Below, piece by piece: positions 35,719 to 45,668 of a stretch of DNA of 64,000 nt. The DNA is from Candidatus Cloacimonadota bacterium (GTDB lineage Bacteria > Cloacimonadota > Cloacimonadia > G963667145). Below the pieces are notes generated by a model, which saw only the letters and a list, made by a program, of their open reading frames with translations, was not told the origin of the DNA and made no database searches. The stretch is from positions 704,001-768,000 of the forward strand of contig OY781092.1 of the NCBI GenBank assembly GCA_963676615.1, given 5' to 3'. The position numbers were made by a program, and so were the translations under genes. Numbering within the stretch: the stretch's first letter is position 1; each line of letters opens with the position of its first letter.

Positions 35719-36465
35719 TTATTTCAAGAAGTCAAAATCCAAAAAATTTGTTTCCCAAAACCAAGGTTTATAACCAAAAGTGAGCCAAACAGTTTGATTG
35801 TGAAATGTTTTGCCTTCCAAAAACGCATTTTCCGAATTTACATAAATATCTTTGATACCGTAATCGTAGCGCAATTCGCAAAAATATTCTTCTTTTAGAT
35901 CGGCTCCAACTCCCAAAATAAGCCCAAAATCGTAATTATCTATCTGCGACAAATCGCCTTGCGAGCCGCCGCCTAAGCTACTATTGGAAACATACGACGC
36001 AGAAACCAAATACGAAAATTGTAGTCCACCAAAGCCGTAAAATCTGGATGTTTCCCGACGATCAGTTCCGTAATAAAACAAAAATGGAAACTCAAGATAG
36101 TTCAACACTATATCGTTGGTGATGTTGGCGACCTCGCCCATAGATGCAATCAGCTCTTGCCGCCTAGCCCGAAATCCTTTGCGAGCGAACAAAATCTCAA
36201 GCCTCAAAAAAATGTTTTTCCCGAAAGGTCGTTCAGCTAAACCTCCCAGAGCAAAGGAAAATTTGTTTTCCATATTGGCGTTCATATCCGACGAACTGGC
36301 AAAAGAGCCTCCGCCTGCTCCAAAAACACCAACCCTTAGCGGCTTTCTTTTGTAATATCTTACATAGCTGGTTTCTTTTGATGTCTGCGCCTTATTTTTG
36401 CCAGTTTCTGCCGCAAAAGAGAGTGCGAAAATCAACAGAAAAAGAAAAAAAAACTTTAGCTTCAT
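35719..36465 (-). CDS. Outer-membrane beta-barrel protein (PorT/OmpA-TM-like)
   Basis: Signal peptide, E.LF..KG, L.YL..P.L, DFGL..GVG, ELRYDYG. Confidence 0.75.
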   Translation of the reverse strand: MKLKFFFLFLLIFALSFAAETGKNKAQTSKETSYVRYYKRKPLRVGVFGAGGGSFASSSDMNANMENKFSFALGGLAERPFGKNIFLRLEILFARKGFRARRQELIASMGEVANITNDIVLNYLEFPFLFYYGTDRRETSRFYGFGGLQFSYLVSASYVSNSSLGGGSQGDLSQIDNYDFGLILGVGADLKEEYFCELRYDYGIKDIYVNSENAFLEGKTFHNQTVWLTFGYKPWFWETNFLDFDFLK

Positions 36466-37979
36466 ACCCTTTTTTCTCCTTTAATAAAAAACACCGAAAC
36501 CAAAATTGCAACAACTCCCATACCTATCAAAAGGCTAAAGCTGTCCAAAAACGAGAGATAAGCGGCCTGCTGTTTAACCAAATCTTGAGCTATTTTTAAA
36601 ATCTCTATATCGCCAATTCCTGCAAACTTTGCCGAAAAATCGACAAAATTTTGTTGAAAATTACTGATGTTTTCCGCCAAATATTTTGTGTGAACTTTTT
36701 CCCCTCTAGCGACAACGGTTTGCACTATTGCAAGACCAACGCTTCCACCAATTGTCCTGATTAAACCAAGCATTCCCGTGGCTTGACCTAGCATTTTATC
36801 GGGCACATTTTGCACCGACATTATCATCACCGGCACCATCATAAATCCAATCGAAACAGAAAAAATCATCCGATAGTGAATAATCGACGACATTCCCATA
36901 CCCAAAGTGAACCTTGTCCTCATCAAATATACAGACAAAATAAAAACCGCGATTCCAAAAAGCAAAAGCTGTTTTTTGTAGAGAGTATTGCCCACAAGCA
37001 CACTTGCCATAGGCATCGCCACAAGAGAAACGGTCGTTGCGGCACTGACCACCAAGCCAGAAGTCATCGGCGAGTAGCCAAGCAAATCTTGCATATACAA
37101 AGGCAAAATAAGGTTTACGCCGTAGATGAAAAATCCCAAAATGAACAAAACCACCACAGAGGAGGCAAAATTGGGAAATTTAAACAGCCGCAGGTTTAAA
37201 ATAGGGTCTTTGCTTCTTAGCTCCCAAAAAATTGTAAATCCCAAACAGACCACAGCCAACACAGTTAAAGTTATGATAAAATCAGACTCGAACCAGTTTT
37301 TGCTTTGCCCCTGATCCAACAAAATTTGCAAACTGGAGATGCCAACCATCAAAAACGACAAACCGACAGTGTCAAATGCGGGCTTCTGCTTGCTGTCTTT
37401 CAAGGGCTTTTCTCTATCGTAAAGGAACAGATAAACCAAAGCGATGCTGACTATCAAAATCGGAAGATTTATGTAATACACTAGCCGCCAGTCGTAGTTT
37501 TCCGAAAGCCAGCCACCCACAAAAGGTCCACACGCAGGAGCGACGACCAAGCCCATCGAATAGATGCCCATTGCCAAAGATTTTGCCCTTGTGCTATAGG
37601 AAAATTCACTTAGCAAAATCGCCTGCGCCACGGGCAAAATTCCGCCTCCACCAACGCCTTGGATAATCCTTGCTATCAAGTAAAATTCAAATGTAGTCGC
37701 AGCGCCAGACAACATTGAGCCTACACCAAAAACGCAAATAGAGATTAACATAAAAAGTTTTCTGCCCAAAAAATCGGCACACCAGCCAGATATCGGCAAA
37801 ATTATCGCACTAGCCACCAAAAAAGCTGTAATCCCCCAGCTGCTTTGACTAGTATCGATAGAAAATGTCGCTGTCAACTGCGGTAAAATCACATTGGAAA
37901 CGCTCGAATCCAAAAGCTCCATAAAAGAAGGGAGCATAATCAAAAAAATAAGCAAAACAGGATTTATCTTGGGTCTCAT
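36462..37979 (-). CDS. emrB: DHA2-family MFS efflux permease (EmrB-like)
   Basis: FMELLD.SV.NV.LP, RIIQG.GGG, WR..YYINLP, LDQGQ..NWFES. About 14 TM. Confidence 0.88.
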   Translation of the reverse strand: MRPKINPVLLIFLIMLPSFMELLDSSVSNVILPQLTATFSIDTSQSSWGITAFLVASAIILPISGWCADFLGRKLFMLISICVFGVGSMLSGAATTFEFYLIARIIQGVGGGGILPVAQAILLSEFSYSTRAKSLAMGIYSMGLVVAPACGPFVGGWLSENYDWRLVYYINLPILIVSIALVYLFLYDREKPLKDSKQKPAFDTVGLSFLMVGISSLQILLDQGQSKNWFESDFIITLTVLAVVCLGFTIFWELRSKDPILNLRLFKFPNFASSVVVLFILGFFIYGVNLILPLYMQDLLGYSPMTSGLVVSAATTVSLVAMPMASVLVGNTLYKKQLLLFGIAVFILSVYLMRTRFTLGMGMSSIIHYRMIFSVSIGFMMVPVMIMSVQNVPDKMLGQATGMLGLIRTIGGSVGLAIVQTVVARGEKVHTKYLAENISNFQQNFVDFSAKFAGIGDIEILKIAQDLVKQQAAYLSFLDSFSLLIGMGVVAILVSVFFIKGEKRV

Positions 37980-37986
37980 AAAAAAA

Positions 37987-38931
37987 TTAGCGTTTCACCC
38001 TTACTTTAGCCGTTACGGACATTCCCAAAAAGATATTCAAGCTATCAACTTTTTTTGCATCTTCAAAAACGATTTTTACTGGCACTCTTTGCACAACTTT
38101 CACAAAATTCCCGCTGGCGTTTTGTGGCGGTAAAAGCGAGAAAACAGAGCCTGTGCCTGCCTGAAAGCTTTGCACTTTTCCCAAAAATTTCTCGTCTGGA
38201 TACGCATCAACAGAAATTTCCACTTCGTCTGCCAAACGCATATTTTCGATTTGGGTCTCCTTAAAATTCGCCACTACCCATTTCTTTTCGGAAACCAACG
38301 AACAAAAAGGAACTCCTTGCCGAACAAAACTGCCTTTGGAAAGGGCTGATTTGGTAATAACGCCATCTTGCGGAGCGTTAATCACGGTGTAGGAAGAGTC
38401 GAGCCTTGCTTGCCGCAGAGCGACCTCCGCCAGAGCGATTTTATCATCAATTTCGTTTAACTTTATTTTTTTTGCAGCCACAGCTTCGCTCAAAACCTCT
38501 ACTTTGGTTTTTTGTCCATCAAGAGTTGCTTTGGCTAAACCACCTTTTTTAGCAATATTTTCGTATCTCCTTAAATTTTTTGCCGCATTATCTAGCTGAG
38601 CTTGCTGCGCCTGCAGCCCGCGCCTCAGCTCTTCTCGCAGCTCAATCGCCAAATTTTTCTCAAGAGTTGCCTTTTCCAAAGCCAAAACAAAAAGAGATTG
38701 ATCGATTATCAAAATTGTATCTCCTTTGGCGACTTTTTGATTGTTCTCCACTTTTAAATCCACAATATGCCCAGAAACATTTGCCACCAAACTTATCGGG
38801 TTGCCCGTGACAAAAGCGTCGTCTGTAGATTCGTAGAGCGAGTGCTCCCAAAGATACCAGCCAACTATCGCCGCAACCACCAAAACCATCGCCAAAAGCC
38901 ACATTTTTTTCTTGTTAGATATTTTTCCCAC
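37987..38931 (-). CDS. emrA: HlyD-family efflux adaptor (EmrA-like)
   Basis: ESTDDAFV, WVVANFKETQ, TGSVFSLLPPQNASGNFVKVVQRVPV. Confidence 0.92.
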   Translation of the reverse strand: MGKISNKKKMWLLAMVLVVAAIVGWYLWEHSLYESTDDAFVTGNPISLVANVSGHIVDLKVENNQKVAKGDTILIIDQSLFVLALEKATLEKNLAIELREELRRGLQAQQAQLDNAAKNLRRYENIAKKGGLAKATLDGQKTKVEVLSEAVAAKKIKLNEIDDKIALAEVALRQARLDSSYTVINAPQDGVITKSALSKGSFVRQGVPFCSLVSEKKWVVANFKETQIENMRLADEVEISVDAYPDEKFLGKVQSFQAGTGSVFSLLPPQNASGNFVKVVQRVPVKIVFEDAKKVDSLNIFLGMSVTAKVRVKR

Positions 38932-39055
38932 AAATCCTCCCTATTGTTTGCAAATAATAAAAATCTCCTTTTTTTGTCAAAAAAACTTTTTCCTTGCCAA
39001 TACAATAACCTTTTTTTTTATTGCCAGTAAATTTACAAATATTCAAGGAGAGAAT

Positions 39056-42000
39056 ATGAACATAGTTGGAAAAAAAGTCGTTCGACTGGACGGTTACGAA
39101 AAAGTGACTGGAAAAGCCATCTACGGAGATGACATACAGCTCAAAGATATGCTCTATATGGCGCAAAAGTACACAGACACACCTTGCGGAAAAATCAAAT
39201 CTATCGATATTAGCAAGGCGGAAAAGCTGGACGGTGTTGTAAAAATTGCTCTTCACAAAGATGTTATCGGCAAAGACCAAATCGGTCCAATTCGCCAAGA
39301 TCAGTATGTCCTTTGCAAAGACAGGGTTTACTATTCTGGCGATGTTGTGGCGATTGTCAGCGCTATCAGCAAAAAAATTGCCAATCTCGCCGCAGATTTG
39401 ATCGAAGTTGAATATGAGGCAGAACAAGGCGTTTACGACATTACCGAGTCGGCAAAAGACGAAAAACTCGTCCGCCCAGAGTATAAGACAAATGTGGTGG
39501 TGCACTATCCGCTCCGCAAAGGCGATGTGGAAAAAGGGTTTTCTGCCAGCGACCAAGTCATCGAAAGGGAGTACAAAACTGGCTTCCACGAGCATGGCTA
39601 TATCGAGACAGAGAGCCTCGTGGCTGTGCCAGATCCAACTTGCAAAGGCGTGAAAGTTTACGGCTCAATCCAAAATCCACACACAACCAGACGAGAGGTC
39701 GCAAAATTTTTGGGACTCGGCTTGAACCAAGTGGACATCCGCTGTTCAAACCTCGGCGGCTCCTTTGGCGGCAAAGACGACACCGTAAACTCCGTTGCTT
39801 GCCGTGTGGCGATGCTCGCTTTTTTGACGGGCAAACCGCACAAAATCAGCCTCTCTCGCGAAGAGTCGATGAAAGAAAGCTACAAAAGACACCCATACAA
39901 TATGAAATACAAGGTCGGTTTCAACGACGACGGCAAAATCAACTCGATGGAAATCGACATTTTGGCGGATTCTGGCGCTTACTCTGCCCAAAGTTTTTTC
40001 GTGACTTGGCGCTCTGTTGTGCAAGCCACAGGTCCATACGAAATCGACAATGTCAAAACTGACATCAGAGCGGTTTACACCAATAACACCTACACCGCGG
40101 CGTATCGCGGCTTCGGCTCTCCACAAGTAATCTTTGCGCAAGAGTCTTTGATGGACGAAATCGGTCAACTTTGCGGACTCTCTCCACTGGAAATCAGAGC
40201 CAAGAACGGCTACAAGCAAGGATCAATCACCGCTTCTGGACAAATTTTGGACAAGCACATCGTCTCGCTGAAAGAGGTCATCGAAAAAGCGACCGACGAT
40301 ATGCAATACGAGAAAAAAGTTAAAGAGTATCAAGAGTTTAACAAAACCAGCAAACGCTACAAAAAAGGCGTCGGACTGGCTTGCTCGTTCCGTGGATGTG
40401 CACTGGGCGCCGAAGGAACAGACGCAACTTCTGCAATCGTCTCTGTTCAACAAGACGGCACAGGCTATGTCTGGACTGGCTTGAACGAGAACGGACAAGG
40501 TCTTCGCACAACATTTTCACAAGTTGCAGCCGAGAGTCTTGGAATGAAATACGAGAAGATGCACTTTTTAGAGCCATCGACGGCTGCCATCAACGACGGC
40601 GGGCCGACTGTGGCTTCTCGTGGCACGATTATGGGCGGAAACGCTGTGCTGGACGCCACTGCTAAAATTAAGCAAAGAATTTTTGAGGCGAACAAAGAGG
40701 CTTTGGGCGTTGAGAGCATCGAAGAAACGACCTGGGAAAACGATATGATTTGCGGAAAGAACAACATCAAGTTTGCCGACGCCTGCACAAAAGCTTATTT
40801 CGACGGCTACAACCTCAGCGCATACGGCTGGTATAACGCTCCCAATGTTTCTTGGGACGAAGAGACTGGACAAGGAAACGCCTATTTCACCTATGTTTAC
40901 GGCTGCCAAGTGGCTGATCTGACCGTCGATACGCACACTGGAAAAATCGTGGTTAACAAAGTTTCTGCGGCGCACGATGTGGGCAAAGCGATTAACCGTT
41001 TGGGACTCGAGGGTCAAATCTACGGCGGCGTCACCCAAGGTATGGGTTATGGCGTTCTGGAGCATTACAACATCCAAAACGGCGTGGTGAAATCGAAAAA
41101 CTTGGACGAGTATATTTTGCCGACGATTAAGGACATCAAAGAAATTTCGCCGATTATCGTGGAAAATCCCGACGCTGTGGGTCCATATGGCGCAAAGGGC
41201 ATCGGAGAGCCATCGCTTGAGCTTGGTGCCGCCTGTATCGCCAACGCTTTTTGCAACGCCACTGGCAAAAGAAGCTACGAGATTCCCCTTACTTTGGAAA
41301 AAGTTTTCTTGGACAAGCAACTGGTGAAGCCAGAGCGCGCCAGCGAAGCTCACAAAAGCAACAAAGATGTCAAAGACATCATCGCCAATGTGACGACCCT
41401 CAATCCAAAAGATCTCAAAGATGCTTGTCAAATGCTTTTGAGTAGCGACGACACGCAAATCATCGCCGGCGGAACCGATGTGATTATCGAACTTCGCGGC
41501 AAACAAACTCCAACGACTTTGGTTAATATCGACCAACTTCCTGAATTAAAAGGAGTTAGCGAGAAAAACGGCGAAGTTATCATCGGCGCTAACCAAAAAA
41601 TCGACGAGATAAAAAACGATGCGCTCGTGCAAAAACATTTCCCAGCTTTGGTCGAGGCTATCTCCACCATCGGCGCAAAACAGACCAGAGTAAGAGGCTC
41701 TATCGCAGGAAACATCGCCAACGCATCGCCTTCTGCAGACAGCTTGCCACCACTTGTTGCCTACGGTGCAAAAGTTCTGCTCTTCGACGGCAAAAGCCAG
41801 CGGGAGCTGACTGTGGATGAGTTCATCACTAGCGGCTACAAAACGCAAATCAAAAAAGGCGAAATCATCAAGAGCGTCGTCCTGCCAATTCCAAGCAAAA
41901 AATACGACTACTCCTACTTCCAACTGGGAAGAAGGGGCGCTGTAAACATCTCGCGTCTTTCGCTACTAACGATGTGCGCCAAAAGCGGCGACGGCTCTAT

Positions 42001-42226
42001 CGACGAGATCATCATCAGCTGTGGAGCGTTGTTTGTCAAAGCGTGCAGATTGCAAGAGATTGAAAAAATGCTCGTCGGCAAAAAACTGGACGCAGCGTTA
42101 ATCGAAAAAGCCGAAGAGTGTCTGGACAAAATTATCGAAGAGCAAATCGGCGGCAGATGGTCTAGCGAATACAAAAAGCCAGTTTTCATCAATCTGTTCA
42201 AAGACAGCTTGGAAAAATTCATCTAA
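39056..42226 (+). CDS. Xanthine dehydrogenase-family protein: molybdopterin-binding subunit fused to C-terminal FAD-binding subunit
   Basis: KVTGKAIY, EHGYIE, GGSFGGK, AYRGFG, GQIYGG..QG, GAKGIGE; then AGGTD, GSIAGNIANASPSAD. Start at the ATG after AAGGAG. Confidence 0.9.
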   Translation: MNIVGKKVVRLDGYEKVTGKAIYGDDIQLKDMLYMAQKYTDTPCGKIKSIDISKAEKLDGVVKIALHKDVIGKDQIGPIRQDQYVLCKDRVYYSGDVVAIVSAISKKIANLAADLIEVEYEAEQGVYDITESAKDEKLVRPEYKTNVVVHYPLRKGDVEKGFSASDQVIEREYKTGFHEHGYIETESLVAVPDPTCKGVKVYGSIQNPHTTRREVAKFLGLGLNQVDIRCSNLGGSFGGKDDTVNSVACRVAMLAFLTGKPHKISLSREESMKESYKRHPYNMKYKVGFNDDGKINSMEIDILADSGAYSAQSFFVTWRSVVQATGPYEIDNVKTDIRAVYTNNTYTAAYRGFGSPQVIFAQESLMDEIGQLCGLSPLEIRAKNGYKQGSITASGQILDKHIVSLKEVIEKATDDMQYEKKVKEYQEFNKTSKRYKKGVGLACSFRGCALGAEGTDATSAIVSVQQDGTGYVWTGLNENGQGLRTTFSQVAAESLGMKYEKMHFLEPSTAAINDGGPTVASRGTIMGGNAVLDATAKIKQRIFEANKEALGVESIEETTWENDMICGKNNIKFADACTKAYFDGYNLSAYGWYNAPNVSWDEETGQGNAYFTYVYGCQVADLTVDTHTGKIVVNKVSAAHDVGKAINRLGLEGQIYGGVTQGMGYGVLEHYNIQNGVVKSKNLDEYILPTIKDIKEISPIIVENPDAVGPYGAKGIGEPSLELGAACIANAFCNATGKRSYEIPLTLEKVFLDKQLVKPERASEAHKSNKDVKDIIANVTTLNPKDLKDACQMLLSSDDTQIIAGGTDVIIELRGKQTPTTLVNIDQLPELKGVSEKNGEVIIGANQKIDEIKNDALVQKHFPALVEAISTIGAKQTRVRGSIAGNIANASPSADSLPPLVAYGAKVLLFDGKSQRELTVDEFITSGYKTQIKKGEIIKSVVLPIPSKKYDYSYFQLGRRGAVNISRLSLLTMCAKSGDGSIDEIIISCGALFVKACRLQEIEKMLVGKKLDAALIEKAEECLDKIIEEQIGGRWSSEYKKPVFINLFKDSLEKFI

Positions 42227-42251
42227 TCTTTAATCGCCAAAGGAGAAAAAA

Positions 42252-42707
42252 ATGATTATCAATTTTATCGTAAACGACAAAAAATATTCGGTTGATGTTG
42301 ACCAGTCAAAAAGGCTGCTGGATGTGCTTCGCGAAGATTTGGGACTCACCGGCACAAAAGAGGGCTGCGCTGTGGGCGAATGTGGAGCTTGCACCGTGAT
42401 TATGGACGGCGAGGCTGTCCACTCGTGCCTGATTATGGCTGGACAACTCGAAGGCAGAAAAATCGAAACTGTCGAAAATTTGGAGCAAAACGCAACCTTG
42501 AGCCGCCTACAAGAGAGCTTTTTGAAACACGGAGCCGTGCAATGCGGCTTCTGCACCCCGGGAATGCTGATGAGCGCCAAAGCGCTTTTGGACAAAGTTT
42601 CAAACCCGAGCCTTGCTCAAATCGAAGAAGCGCTCGAAGGCAACGCTTGCCGTTGCACAGGCTACAAGCCAATCGTTGACGCCATCCAAAATGTGGACAA
42701 AGTCTAG
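42252..42707 (+). CDS. Xanthine dehydrogenase-family 2x[2Fe-2S] small subunit
   Basis: GTKEGC..GECGACTV, QCGFCTPG, GN.CRCTGY. Confidence 0.95.
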   Translation: MIINFIVNDKKYSVDVDQSKRLLDVLREDLGLTGTKEGCAVGECGACTVIMDGEAVHSCLIMAGQLEGRKIETVENLEQNATLSRLQESFLKHGAVQCGFCTPGMLMSAKALLDKVSNPSLAQIEEALEGNACRCTGYKPIVDAIQNVDKV

Positions 42708-42724
42708 TTGCCAGAGGAAAAAAT

Positions 42725-43228
42725 ATGTTGTTAGATTGTTTGAGCAAAAGATATAGCTGCCGAGCTTTTGAGGACAAGCCTATCGAAAAGGAAAAGATCC
42801 AAAACTTGGTGGAAGCCGTGCGGATTGCGCCTTCGGCAATGAACGGACAGCCCTGGAAACTGGTGCTTATTCAAAACAAGGAAAAACTAAACGGGCTAAA
42901 AAATGTGTGCAAGCAAGAGTTCCCCTCTTCTGCCCCTTTGGTCATCGCCGTTTGTTGCTCCAACTTGGACAAAGTTATGACTTGTGGACATCCAGCCTAT
43001 CTTGCCGACGGTTTCGGCGCAACAATGAGCATCCTTGTGCAAGCCACAGCCGAAAATCTTGGCTCATGCTGGCTGGGAGCGTTTATGCAAGAAGAGGCGG
43101 CAAAACTCATAAACTTGCCTGCAGATTACAAAGTTGTCTCGCTAATCCCTATCGGCTATCCCAGCGACGCGATGCCCAAAAAAGAGAGAAAATCTGCCCA
43201 GGAGATCACACTCTACGACAGCTTCTAA
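42725..43228 (+). CDS. Nitroreductase family protein
   Basis: R.S.R.F, APSA.N.QPW, LGSCWLG, IGYP. Confidence 0.92.
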   Translation: MLLDCLSKRYSCRAFEDKPIEKEKIQNLVEAVRIAPSAMNGQPWKLVLIQNKEKLNGLKNVCKQEFPSSAPLVIAVCCSNLDKVMTCGHPAYLADGFGATMSILVQATAENLGSCWLGAFMQEEAAKLINLPADYKVVSLIPIGYPSDAMPKKERKSAQEITLYDSF

Positions 43229-43238
43229 GCAAAATTAC

Positions 43239-43265
43239 GGTGGTCGAAACTTCGGCCACCTTTTT
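43239..43265 (+). terminator. Intrinsic terminator
   Basis: GGTGGTCGAA-AC-TTCGGCCACC followed by TTTTT. Confidence 0.8.
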
Positions 43266-43285
43266 AATATCAGCTTTACACAAAA

Positions 43286-44302
43286 ATGTTAGATTTTTTT
43301 TATCGCTACATAAACCCCGTTAGGCTAAACCTCTTCGCAGACAGCGTAAAAGCTTCGCTCGGCGTGATATTGTCGCTTTGCCTGACGCTCTGGCTCTCGG
43401 ACAATCCCGCTCACTACAAATTCGCCTTCATCTTTTCACTCCAACTAGCTTACGCCAAAAACGGAATCGGACTAAAAAAAAGATTTCCCTTCACAATATT
43501 TTGGTCAGTTTGCCTTGGACTCGCCTTGTCAATCGTGCCGCTGCTCTCGGGGCTGCTCCTGCTCAAATCTGCAATAATCGTCGGCACCATCTTCGCCACC
43601 TACAACCTAAAAGACAGACTCCTTATCTTCAACAACAACCTCGCCGACCAGTTCGTTTTGGATTTTTGCGTCTTCCTTTTTTTGCTTCCCGCAGGAAAAT
43701 TCGACCCCTATTTCTTGCTAATCAGCGTAATCTGCGGGGGAATTTCTTGCATCACAGAACAGCTAATCCTCAACAAAAAAAGTTTGCGAGTCGTAAAATT
43801 TTACCTACTGCGAACATTCCTAAAAATCCCGCCTACTCTGCACAAACTCAGCAAAAAAGCAAAAAATCTGCAACACCTAAAACGCAAAGAAAACTACTTT
43901 TTCTATCTGGAAGCTATCGGCGAAATTCAAGATTTAGAGTCCGTTTTAATTCCCGAAGAAAAGCAAAAAATATTTTACACAAAGCTCATTTTTTTCACAG
44001 CCACAGCGTTTCGAGCGCTAAAAATAATCGAACACAACCTCAGCTTTTGCTCCTACGACTTCCGAAAAGACCTCTCCTACATCTTGAAGCATTACTCCAT
44101 CGCCTACCGAAAAATCGCCGCTTATGTTTTTCACAAAGAGATAGACATCGGTCGCCGAAATCTGAACAAAATGTGCCAAAATTTCAAAAAAAAATACTCT
44201 CAATCGCCAAATCAAGCGCAAGCAAAAATTTTGGTGAGTCTGGAGCGATTGGCAAAATTACCCATCGAAATATCCGAGTGTCTGCAAGATGAAAACAAAT
44301 AA
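43286..44302 (+). CDS. Membrane protein, probable N-terminal half of a FUSC/YccS-type transporter
   Basis: About 5-6 N-terminal TM segments, then a helical soluble region. Overlaps the FUSC gene. Confidence 0.5.
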   Translation: MLDFFYRYINPVRLNLFADSVKASLGVILSLCLTLWLSDNPAHYKFAFIFSLQLAYAKNGIGLKKRFPFTIFWSVCLGLALSIVPLLSGLLLLKSAIIVGTIFATYNLKDRLLIFNNNLADQFVLDFCVFLFLLPAGKFDPYFLLISVICGGISCITEQLILNKKSLRVVKFYLLRTFLKIPPTLHKLSKKAKNLQHLKRKENYFFYLEAIGEIQDLESVLIPEEKQKIFYTKLIFFTATAFRALKIIEHNLSFCSYDFRKDLSYILKHYSIAYRKIAAYVFHKEIDIGRRNLNKMCQNFKKKYSQSPNQAQAKILVSLERLAKLPIEISECLQDENK

Positions 44303-45248
44303 TCGCCTGAGCATCCAAGTCCCGCTTGCCATAACCGTCGGCATCGTCGTCACGCACCTGCTGAAAATCGACAAGCCATACTGGACGCTCTTGACCATCA
44401 TCCTGCTCATCTGCCCCCGCTACGAGCAAACCTTGTTCAAAAGTTTCTTGCGAATCGTCTCCACAATTTTGGGCAGCACACTCTGCGGCGTCACGCTTTG
44501 GCTCTTCAACTACCCGCAAACCTACTACATCCTGGCTGGCACAGGCGCATATTTCATCATCTACTACGGAAAAATTTCCTACTTCAAATCGATATTTTTT
44601 GCCTCTGTAATGGTCATCGCCCTCTTCGGAATCGCAGAGCCGTGGTCTTGGCAAATCGTAAGCAAACGCATATTTCAAACCGCCTTGGGAGCCAGCATCG
44701 CCATTTTTGTCAGCATAATAATCACGCCCGACAAAAACAAACGAACCTACTTCGCCACCGTCCAAGAGATTCTGCGCCAAGAGCTGCTCTTCTACAAAGA
44801 AGGAAGCATCATCTTTTTCTCCTACGAAAAATATTGGGAAATCTTGAAAAAAAACCGCCAAAACCTCACAACGCTCCGCAAAACAGAACTCGAAATATTT
44901 TTCAAAAAAATAATCACCTTCCGAAATTGGAAAAATTTTCACCTCTCAAAAATTCTCAACCGCAACCTGATCATCATCGCCGATATCTTCTTTGTCCTCA
45001 ACAAAATAAACCGCCAAGACAGAGACTTTTCGCCTTACCTGAAACTTTTTCACGCACTTGTCAACAAGGAATTTGAGTCACTGGGAAAACTCCTAAATCT
45101 GGAAATCGAGTTCGTCCAACCACGCGAAATCCCCATTTTTTTGCCAAACGACATCGACTATCTGAGCATCCTTAGTTTTTGCGAGAAACTCACCGCAAAC
45201 CTGCGTCTAACCAGAACCTTAATCTGCAAAAATCAAAATGAAGCTTAG
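44289..45248 (+). CDS. FUSC-family (aromatic acid exporter-like) membrane protein
   Basis: YW..LT...I..P....T..K...RI..T.LG and RI.QT.LG motifs. Confidence 0.8.
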   Translation: MKTNNRLSIQVPLAITVGIVVTHLLKIDKPYWTLLTIILLICPRYEQTLFKSFLRIVSTILGSTLCGVTLWLFNYPQTYYILAGTGAYFIIYYGKISYFKSIFFASVMVIALFGIAEPWSWQIVSKRIFQTALGASIAIFVSIIITPDKNKRTYFATVQEILRQELLFYKEGSIIFFSYEKYWEILKKNRQNLTTLRKTELEIFFKKIITFRNWKNFHLSKILNRNLIIIADIFFVLNKINRQDRDFSPYLKLFHALVNKEFESLGKLLNLEIEFVQPREIPIFLPNDIDYLSILSFCEKLTANLRLTRTLICKNQNEA

Positions 45249-45606
45249 AGAAAAACTGCTCAAAAATTTCCAGTGTCAAGGCTGCGGACGCTGCTGCCAA
45301 AGACCAGGCGGCGTTGTTTATATTTCAATCAGCGAAGCTCATAACATCGCAAAATTTTTGCAAAAACCGCTATTTATGTTCCTGCAAGAAAATTGCAAGA
45401 AACAAAGAGGCTGGCTCGTTTTGAGCGATGCAAAATTTTTCCCCAAGTGCTATTTAGACCAAAACAAAAAATGCAAAATCTACCCCGTTCGCCCAAAATA
45501 TTGCCGCCAATACCCCCTGACCCGCGATGTTCTCAAAAGCGACAAAACCATTTTAGCCGAGTCAAAAACCTGCCCCGCAATCGCCGCAGCAATAGGCAAA
45601 AGCTAA
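45238..45606 (+). CDS. YkgJ-family (CxxCxxCC) cysteine cluster protein
   Basis: FQCQGCGRCC...C.LD...C.IYPVRP.YCR.YP...CP. Confidence 0.9.
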   Translation: MKLREKLLKNFQCQGCGRCCQRPGGVVYISISEAHNIAKFLQKPLFMFLQENCKKQRGWLVLSDAKFFPKCYLDQNKKCKIYPVRPKYCRQYPLTRDVLKSDKTILAESKTCPAIAAAIGKS

Positions 45607-45668
45607 CTTTTCCCTGTAGATTTTTTAGAATATGTTGACCAAATTTGTTCAAAGAAAAAGATAGCGAT

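Noticed and set aside
39027..39036. Palindrome GTAAATTTAC upstream of xdh as a possible Rex site
   Set aside because: Too short, and it does not fit TTGTGAA-N4-TTCACAA.
38912..39055. N-terminal extensions given by the ORF track for xdh, metK, eno, aroK, the DUF296 gene, the LysM gene and ssnA
   Set aside because: Downstream ATGs coincide with the family N-termini and mostly have clear RBSs. The extensions cross promoters or the riboswitch.
39056..43228. Selenocysteine (in-frame TGA) in the Xdh cluster or ssnA
   Set aside because: The ORFs are complete without readthrough, and TGA acts as a normal stop elsewhere (dinG, hisF, mazG).
43378..44292. 304-aa same-strand alternative-frame ORF inside the FUSC-like gene (also 46653-47456, 57453-58259, 62247-63155)
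   Set aside because: R/Q/H/P-rich composition typical of off-frame reads when host codons end in C or A. No family features.
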